Shown one piece after another: positions 4,794 through 10,633 of a stretch of DNA of 10,633 nucleotides. The notes below the pieces were generated by a model. It was not told the DNA's origin. It worked only from the letters and a program-made list of their open reading frames with translations, and did no database searches. Position numbers and translations under genes: made by a program. The stretch spans positions 1 to 10,633 of the forward strand of contig JBAXOY010000103.1 of assembly GCA_037133055.1 (NCBI GenBank). The letters are read 5' to 3'. The stretch is from Chlamydiota bacterium. Lineage in GTDB: Bacteria; Auribacterota; Tritonobacteria; UBA1439. Each line of letters starts with the position of its first letter. The first letter of the stretch is position 1.

Positions 4794-7441
4794 CGGCGGG
4801 GATCCCCCCGAGGGAACGGTTCGTCACGCTCCTCTGCGTCGCATCCTTCCTCGCGTGCACGCTGTTCCTCTTCGGGCCGCTGCACCTCTATTTCACCAAC
4901 AGGGTGGAATTCTACAGCGTCCCGGTTGAGATACTCCCCCCACTGGCCGCGGTCTGCCTCACCGCGGCGGGCGTGATCATGCTCGCCTGCATCGCGCTCC
5001 CCCCGCGGCTCTTCAAGAAGGCCGTCGCGGTCGCGGTCATGACCGGCGTGCTCTTCTGGCTTCAGGGGAACGTGTGTGTCTGGAGGGTAGGGGTGCTGAA
5101 CGGCAGGGAGATCCCCTGGTCGGCCCATCGCGTCTACGGTTTCGTGGACGGCACGCTCTGGGCCGCCCTGCTCGCGGTCGCGCTCGTGAAGTCGGACCAT
5201 ATGTACCGAATCGCCCGCCGGGCAAGCGCGGCATTCCTCCTGATACAGCTCATCGCGGTGACCGTCTCCGCCGCGCGCGCCCCGAAGGGGATGAGCTCCA
5301 ACGACTATACCTCCGATGACGCCCTGAAGTTCACCTTCTCGAACAGGCAGAATGTCATCATCCTCGTGATCGACACGCTGCAAGGCGACGTCTTCCAGGA
5401 GATCGTGGACGGCGACGACCGTTACCGGGACGTCTTTTCCGGATTCACCTACTTCCGGAACGCGGTCGGGGGATACCCGACGACGTATCCCTCCGTGCCC
5501 CTCATCCTGACGGGACGGTACTATGACAACTCGGTCCCCATCCAGGAGTTCATAGAGACGGCGTTTTCCACGAACTCCCTCCCCCGGACCCTGCGCACGC
5601 TCGGATGGAGGGTCACCCTGCCGCTGAGTTATTATATTTACAACAGCGAGGACATTGCCTCGAATCTGAAAAAGAGGCCCCTCGCCCCGTTTTACGAGGG
5701 GAACCTGGGGTATGCGGCGGATCTCTACGACGCCGCCCTGCTCCGGTATGCCCCCTATTTCGCGAAGAAATACGTCTACGCGAACGGGCGCGGGCGCGTG
5801 AAGCCTTTCTACGCGTCCCGCGTCAGGGCCGCCCGCGCGGAGAGCGCCGCGTCCCCCCGCGGGGCCGCCTCGTCGAATCCCGATGTGGAGTTCATCGAGG
5901 AAATGGCGCGCGGCGCACACGCGAGCGACGCCCCGGACACGTTCGCCTATTATCATCTGGTCGGCCTTCATCCCCCGTTCACCCTCAACGAAAACCTGGG
6001 GAACGAAGAGATGCCGTATTCCCGGGAGAGCTACACGCGCCAGGCGCGCGGCATGCTGAAGATTGCGGAGGAGTTCGTCTCCACGCTCCGGAGGATAGGC
6101 GTCTACGACAAGAGCATGGTGTGCATCATCGCCGACCACGGTTTCGGGTTCCCCCTGCCGCGCTCCTTCTGCGCGGAGGGGGGAGGGGTGCGCGGCCATC
6201 GCACGGTCGCGGATGACAGTATTATCGGCACCGGGGTCCCCCTCATCCTCGTGAAACCGTTCGGGGCGCAGGGGAGGATGCGCGTGAGCGACGCCCCGGT
6301 GACCCTCGCCGATATCCCCGCGACCGTTGCCTCCGCGCTCGGCGTCGCACACGCATTCCCCGGCGAGTCGGTTTTCCAGAGGAGCGCGAAGGAGCCCCGC
6401 GAGCGGCGGTTTCTCTTCTACGATTGGGAGGACAAGTGGTACGCCGACTATCTCCCCCGGATGACGGAGTATGTCGTGCGCGGATTCAGCGGGTGCGCGG
6501 AGTCGTGGGCGCCGACGGGCAGGCGGTTCTCGCCCCCTTCCCCCGCGGCAGCCCCGGCGGTCTACACGCCGGGAACGGAGATAACCTTCGGAGAGAGTGG
6601 CACGTACCGGCAGTATGCGGGCGAGGGCTGGAGTTTCCCCAAGGGGGCGTCCACGTTTACCAAGGGAAAATCCGCTTCGCTCCGGATTCCGCTCCGCCCT
6701 CTCCGCACGCCCCTCATGATGAGGGTGTCGCTCTGGCCATTCCTCCCTCCGGGCACGGGGAAGGCGCAGAGGGTGGGAGTGTATGTCAACAACCACAAGG
6801 TGGCGGACTGGGAGGCGGTTCCGCAGCAACCGGAGTATAGCGCCTTTATCCCCCCGGACATGCTCGCCGGCGGTGCGCTGACTGTCCGTTTCGATCTCCC
6901 GGACGCGGTATCTCCCCTTGACGCGGGCCTCAGCCGCGACCATCGCACGCTGGGGATTTTGGTGCGGCGCATGACCCTGTGGGCGCTGAAGCCCTATGAC
7001 TACGGTACGCGCATCACCTTCGGTGCGGGCGGCGATTCGGTCCCGTACGAGGAATCGGGCTGGAGCTTTCCCGAGACGGGATACACGTGGACAAGCGGGA
7101 ATCGCGCGTCCCTGCTGATCCCGCTGCCCCCCCCCGCGTCGGATCTTGTCCTGCGGGCGGTCTTGAAGCCCCTGCGCATTGCGGAACGGGTGGACGCGCA
7201 GAGGGTGTACATCGGCGTGAACGGAAAGAGGGCGGGAGAGTGGCGGGTGGGCGCGGAAGGGGAATACCGAGTCGAGATACCCAAAAGCGTCATCGAAGGT
7301 CCCACCTCGCTCTTCTCCTTCGACCTGCCGGACGCATTCTCGCCGCCGGCGAAAGACGGACGCACGAGTCCCCGCCTGCTGGGGGTGCGATTCTACTCGG
7401 TGCGGCTGTCGCGCAAGGAGCCGCCCCCTCTCCTGAAATGA
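4790..7441 (+). CDS. Membrane-anchored alkaline-phosphatase-superfamily (sulfatase-like / LtaS-OpgB-EptA-type) transferase with two tandem C-terminal beta-rich domains, 883 aa
   Basis: About 5 N-terminal hydrophobic helices. NVIILVIDTLQ (metal Asp), GGYPTTYPS (Thr nucleophile position), HLVGLHPPF and IIADHG. ATGA overlap with the previous gene. Confidence 0.85.
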   Translation: MTAGIPPRERFVTLLCVASFLACTLFLFGPLHLYFTNRVEFYSVPVEILPPLAAVCLTAAGVIMLACIALPPRLFKKAVAVAVMTGVLFWLQGNVCVWRVGVLNGREIPWSAHRVYGFVDGTLWAALLAVALVKSDHMYRIARRASAAFLLIQLIAVTVSAARAPKGMSSNDYTSDDALKFTFSNRQNVIILVIDTLQGDVFQEIVDGDDRYRDVFSGFTYFRNAVGGYPTTYPSVPLILTGRYYDNSVPIQEFIETAFSTNSLPRTLRTLGWRVTLPLSYYIYNSEDIASNLKKRPLAPFYEGNLGYAADLYDAALLRYAPYFAKKYVYANGRGRVKPFYASRVRAARAESAASPRGAASSNPDVEFIEEMARGAHASDAPDTFAYYHLVGLHPPFTLNENLGNEEMPYSRESYTRQARGMLKIAEEFVSTLRRIGVYDKSMVCIIADHGFGFPLPRSFCAEGGGVRGHRTVADDSIIGTGVPLILVKPFGAQGRMRVSDAPVTLADIPATVASALGVAHAFPGESVFQRSAKEPRERRFLFYDWEDKWYADYLPRMTEYVVRGFSGCAESWAPTGRRFSPPSPAAAPAVYTPGTEITFGESGTYRQYAGEGWSFPKGASTFTKGKSASLRIPLRPLRTPLMMRVSLWPFLPPGTGKAQRVGVYVNNHKVADWEAVPQQPEYSAFIPPDMLAGGALTVRFDLPDAVSPLDAGLSRDHRTLGILVRRMTLWALKPYDYGTRITFGAGGDSVPYEESGWSFPETGYTWTSGNRASLLIPLPPPASDLVLRAVLKPLRIAERVDAQRVYIGVNGKRAGEWRVGAEGEYRVEIPKSVIEGPTSLFSFDLPDAFSPPAKDGRTSPRLLGVRFYSVRLSRKEPPPLLK
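6563..7408 (+). repeat. Intragenic tandem domain duplication (~138 aa x 2: 6563-6979 and 6995-7408)
   Basis: Both copies read YxxGTxITFGxxG...GWSFP...TxTxGxxASLxIPL...AQRVxxxVN...W...EY...IP...FDLPDAxSP...RxLG. Confidence 0.9.
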
Positions 7442-7567
7442 CATCATCCGCGGGGGTGACGTGGAGTACTGCATCGCCTCCCATGGCGCGAAAGCCCAAA
7501 ATGCGGGTTATTGCGGTAAACGGGTAGGCAGCGGCGCGCAAGTAGACGGCTCTTCCCTATTTGGTCC

Positions 7568-7595
7568 TTCCCAATTTCCGCATTTGCGTTAGAAT
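7568..7595 (+). promoter_or_regulatory. Putative sigma70 promoter for the CDP-sugar operon
   Basis: TTCCCA (7568-7573), 16-nt spacer, TAGAAT (7590-7595), in a locally AT-rich patch. GAGGAGG RBS at 7645-7651. Confidence 0.4.
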
Positions 7596-7654
7596 AGTGG
7601 CAGGTTCGCGGCGGGGTCGGAGAGGATCGGCCATGCGCCGCGGGGAGGAGGGGC

Positions 7655-8449
7655 ATGGAGCACTGCGAGGGCGTGCCGGTCTTCATCCTGTGCGGGGGCC
7701 TGGGCACCCGGCTCAAGGAGGAGACCGAGTTCAGGCCGAAGCCGATGGTCCCCGTCGGCGCGCACCCGATCCTCTGGCACATCATGCGGCGGTACCGGAG
7801 ATTCGGATTCAGGAAGTTCGTGCTCTGCACCGGCTTCAAATCCGAGGCGATAAAGTCCTACTTCCTGAACTACTCCTCGCTCAACAGCGACTTCACGGTC
7901 GACCTGAAGTCCAACCGCCTCTCGGTGCACTCGGTGGACCACGACCTGGACTGGGAGGTGACGGTGGCCTACACGGGCGAGACGGCCATGACCGGGGCCA
8001 GGATCGCGCGCGCGGCCGAAAAACACCTCGGCGGCGCGGAACAGTTCGCGGTCACCTACGGGGACGGGCTGACCGACGCGGACCTGGCGAAGGAGTTCGC
8101 GTTCCACCGCGCCCACGGGAGAATCGGCACGATTCTCGGCGTGAACCCCCCGTCCCGGTTCGGGGAAATCAAGCTGGAGGGGGACCACGTGCTCCAGTTC
8201 GAGGAGAAGCCCGAGTTCGGCGACAAGTGGATCAACGGGGGCTACTTCTTCTTCCGGAAGGAGTTTCTCTCCTATCTCTCGACGGACGAGCGGTGCGTGC
8301 TGGAGCGGGAGCCCCTCGTCACCCTGGCGCGGGACGGGCAGTTGGACATGTTCAAACACCGCGGCTTCTGGGAGTGCATGGACACCCAGCGGGACAGGGA
8401 TTTCCTGGAGCGGCTCTGGGAGAGCGGCACGGCGCCCTGGGCGGTCTGA
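7655..8449 (+). CDS. rfbF: Glucose-1-phosphate cytidylyltransferase
   Basis: ILCGGLGTRLKEETEFRPKPMVPVG, PILWHIM, TGETAMTGARI, TYGDG, PPSRFG, FEEKP, WINGGYF and HRGFWECMDTQRD. Confidence 0.95.
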   Translation: MEHCEGVPVFILCGGLGTRLKEETEFRPKPMVPVGAHPILWHIMRRYRRFGFRKFVLCTGFKSEAIKSYFLNYSSLNSDFTVDLKSNRLSVHSVDHDLDWEVTVAYTGETAMTGARIARAAEKHLGGAEQFAVTYGDGLTDADLAKEFAFHRAHGRIGTILGVNPPSRFGEIKLEGDHVLQFEEKPEFGDKWINGGYFFFRKEFLSYLSTDERCVLEREPLVTLARDGQLDMFKHRGFWECMDTQRDRDFLERLWESGTAPWAV

Positions 8450-8491
8450 GCGGCGGCGCGGCGCCTGCGCGCCGCGGGAAAGGCGAACGCG

Positions 8492-9493
8492 ATGCGCGTC
8501 TTCGTGACGGGGCACAAGGGCTATATCGGCGCCCACCTGGTGGAGCTGCTGAAGGCGGAGGGGCACTCCGTGACCGGGTGCGACCTCGGACTCTACGACG
8601 GCTGCGAGTGGGAGCCGCTCGTCCCGCCCGACCTCGACCTCGCCCGGGATATCCGGGGCCTCACCGCGCGGGACCTCGAGGGACACGACGCGGTGATGCA
8701 CCTCGCGGCGCTCTCGAACGACCCGATGGGGGAGCTCGACGCCGAGCTCACCTATGCCGTCAACCTGCGCGGCTCCGTCAGGCTCGCCGAGACGGCGAAA
8801 CAGGCCGGGGTGCCGCGCTACCTCTTCGCGAGCAGTTGCTCCATCTACGGCGCCGGCGTCTCGCTCGACCTCGACGAGTCGGCGCCGGTGAACCCGCTCA
8901 CCGCCTACGCCGTATCCAAGATCGAGACGGAGAAGCAGGTGCGCGCCCTTGCGGACGGGGATTTCTCCCCCGTCTTCCTGAGAAATTCGACGGCGTACGG
9001 CCATTCCAGGAACCTGCGCGTCGACCTCGTGGTGAACAACCTCCTCGCCTGCGCCTTTACCCGCGGCGACATCAGGATCCAGAGCGACGGGACCCCGTGG
9101 CGGCCGCTCATCCACTGCCGCGACATCGCCCGCGCGTTCATCGCGTTCGCCGCCGCGCCCCGGGAGCGCGTGCACAACGCGACGGTGAACATCGGGGGGA
9201 ACCGCGAGAACTACCAGGTCAAGGGAGTCGCCGAGAAGGTGAAGCGGCTCATCCCCGCGGCATCGGTCGTATTCACGGGCGAGGTGGGCGCAGACCCGAG
9301 GAACTATCGCGTGAAATTCGATCTTCTCGGGCGGCTGCTTCCGGAGTTCCGCCTGAGCCATACCCTCGACACGGGGATGGAGGAACTCCACCGGAAGTTC
9401 GTCGAGCACCGGTTCAGCCTGTCGGATTTCGAGGGCGACCGATTCGTGCGGCTGAGGACGATCAAAAAGCGGATGCGGATGCTCTCCGCCTGA
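8492..9493 (+). CDS. NAD-dependent epimerase/dehydratase family protein (extended SDR; StrP-like, not canonical RfbG)
   Basis: TGHKGYIG Rossmann motif, HLAALSNDP, ASSCSIYG, YAVSK (YxxxK) and SDGTPWRPLIH. Confidence 0.9.
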   Translation: MRVFVTGHKGYIGAHLVELLKAEGHSVTGCDLGLYDGCEWEPLVPPDLDLARDIRGLTARDLEGHDAVMHLAALSNDPMGELDAELTYAVNLRGSVRLAETAKQAGVPRYLFASSCSIYGAGVSLDLDESAPVNPLTAYAVSKIETEKQVRALADGDFSPVFLRNSTAYGHSRNLRVDLVVNNLLACAFTRGDIRIQSDGTPWRPLIHCRDIARAFIAFAAAPRERVHNATVNIGGNRENYQVKGVAEKVKRLIPAASVVFTGEVGADPRNYRVKFDLLGRLLPEFRLSHTLDTGMEELHRKFVEHRFSLSDFEGDRFVRLRTIKKRMRMLSA

Positions 9494-9503
9494 AAGGGAC
9501 GCC

Positions 9504-10064
9504 ATGCGATTCACGGAAACCCCGCTCCACGGGGCCTATCTCATCGAGCTCGAAAAGAAATCGGACGAACGCGGGTTCTTCGCCAGGGCTTTCTGCGTGA
9601 ACGAGTTCGCCCGCCTCGGCCTCGAGACCGGGATCGTCCAGATCAACAACTCCCTGAGCGCCCGGAAGGGGACGCTCAGGGGGATGCACTACCAGCTCCC
9701 CCCCATGGCGGAGACGAAGATCGTCCGGTGTCTCAGGGGCGCGTTCTACGACGCGATCATCGACCTGCGGCCCGAATCGCCGACGCGCATGCGCTGGTTC
9801 GGGGAGACGCTGAGCGCCGAAAACCGGAAGATGCTCTACGTTCCCAAGGGGTTCGCCCACGGGATCCTGACCCTCGAGGACGACACGGAGGCGTATTACC
9901 TGGTGACGCAGTTCTACAGCAAGGACCACGAGCGGGGGCTGCGCTGGAACGACCCCGTCTTCCGGATCGACTGGCCGATCGCCCCCGCCGTCGTCTCCGA
10001 AAAGGACGCCGCACACCCCGATTTCAACCCGGAGCACCACCTCGGGATCCGCCCGGCGCGATGA
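9504..10064 (+). CDS. rfbC: NDP-4-keto-sugar 3,5-epimerase (RmlC/RfbC cupin family)
   Basis: DERGFFAR, QINNSLS, GTLRGMHYQ, KIVRCLRG, IIDLRPESPT, LYVPKGFAHG and GLRWNDP. Confidence 0.92.
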   Translation: MRFTETPLHGAYLIELEKKSDERGFFARAFCVNEFARLGLETGIVQINNSLSARKGTLRGMHYQLPPMAETKIVRCLRGAFYDAIIDLRPESPTRMRWFGETLSAENRKMLYVPKGFAHGILTLEDDTEAYYLVTQFYSKDHERGLRWNDPVFRIDWPIAPAVVSEKDAAHPDFNPEHHLGIRPAR

Positions 10065-10633
10065 ACATCCTATTCACCGGCGGCAGCTCGTTCACCGGCT
10101 ACTGGTTCGTCAGGGAGCTCGCGGCCGCGGGGCACCGCGTGAGGGCCGTATTCACGGGGTGCGGCCCCGGCGCCTACACGGGGGTGCGCGGGGAGCGCGT
10201 CGGGGCGCTCCGGGGCCTCTGCGAGCCGGCGTTCAACTGCCGGTTCGGCGACGAGGCATTCCTCGCGGTGGTGCGGGAGGCCCGCGGATGGGACCTGTTC
10301 TGCCACCACGCCGCCGAGGCGGCGAACTACAGGAGCGAGGAGTTCGACGTGAGCGCGGCGCTCGCCGCCAACACGCGGAACCTCCCGCGGGTCCTCGACG
10401 CGCTGGGGGAAAAGGGGTGCCGGGCGGTCGTCCTCACGGGGAGCGTCTTCGAGCAGGACGAGGGGCGCGGCGACGACATGCGCGCGTTTTCCCCGTACGG
10501 CCTCTCCAAGGGGTTCACCTGGCAGGTGTTCCGCTACCAGTGCGCGCGCCGGGGACTCCGGCTCGGGAAGTTCGTCATCCCCAACCCGTTCGGCCCCTAC
10601 GAGGAGGAGCGGTTCACCGCATTCCTGGTCAGG
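10061..10633 (+). CDS. NAD(P)-dependent epimerase/reductase (extended SDR), 3'-truncated by window
   Basis: Not in the ORF track. The ATG overlaps the previous stop (ATGA) and the frame is open to the window end: MNILFTGGSSFTGYWFVRELAAAGH...HHAA...LTGSVFE...SPYGLSK...IPNPFGPYEE. Confidence 0.88.
   Translation, partial: MNILFTGGSSFTGYWFVRELAAAGHRVRAVFTGCGPGAYTGVRGERVGALRGLCEPAFNCRFGDEAFLAVVREARGWDLFCHHAAEAANYRSEEFDVSAALAANTRNLPRVLDALGEKGCRAVVLTGSVFEQDEGRGDDMRAFSPYGLSKGFTWQVFRYQCARRGLRLGKFVIPNPFGPYEEERFTAFLVR

Noticed and set aside
8453..8475. GC hairpin between rfbF and the SDR gene (8-bp stem, 7-nt loop)
   Set aside because: It has no U-tract, and such stems arise easily in very GC-rich sequence, so it is not called a terminator.
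918..9514. Long antisense ORFs (918-2528, 3666-4724, 4772-7474, 7589-9514) and the alternate-frame ORF 7561-9600
   Set aside because: These are shadows of well-supported genes in high-GC DNA. They are Arg/Gly/Pro-rich and show no recognisable motifs.

Overview
GC-rich bacterial surface-polysaccharide/glycan locus, with every intact gene on the + strand. It begins with a tandem array of GT2 glycosyltransferase paralogues: the 3' end of one, then two complete genes. They are ATGA-coupled and share near-identical junction blocks, while the sequence between these blocks has diverged. Next is a ~675-bp, lower-GC non-coding insert (2391-3065) built as nested inverted repeats. At its centre is a small heptamer-flanked element holding an internally deleted four-helix-bundle (bAvd/23S-IVP-like) gene on the - strand. 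A three-gene module follows: a YLDPGTGS small membrane protein, a NoeA-like kinase-like/SAM-methyltransferase fusion, and a membrane alkaline-phosphatase-superfamily transferase with two tandem C-terminal domains. The window ends with a CDP-sugar operon: rfbF, an SDR that lacks the 4,6-dehydratase motif, an RmlC-type 3,5-epimerase and a second SDR running off the end. The most unusual items are the nested hairpin element, the mosaic GT2 array and the three-gene module. Family assignments come from motif recognition only; no searches were run.
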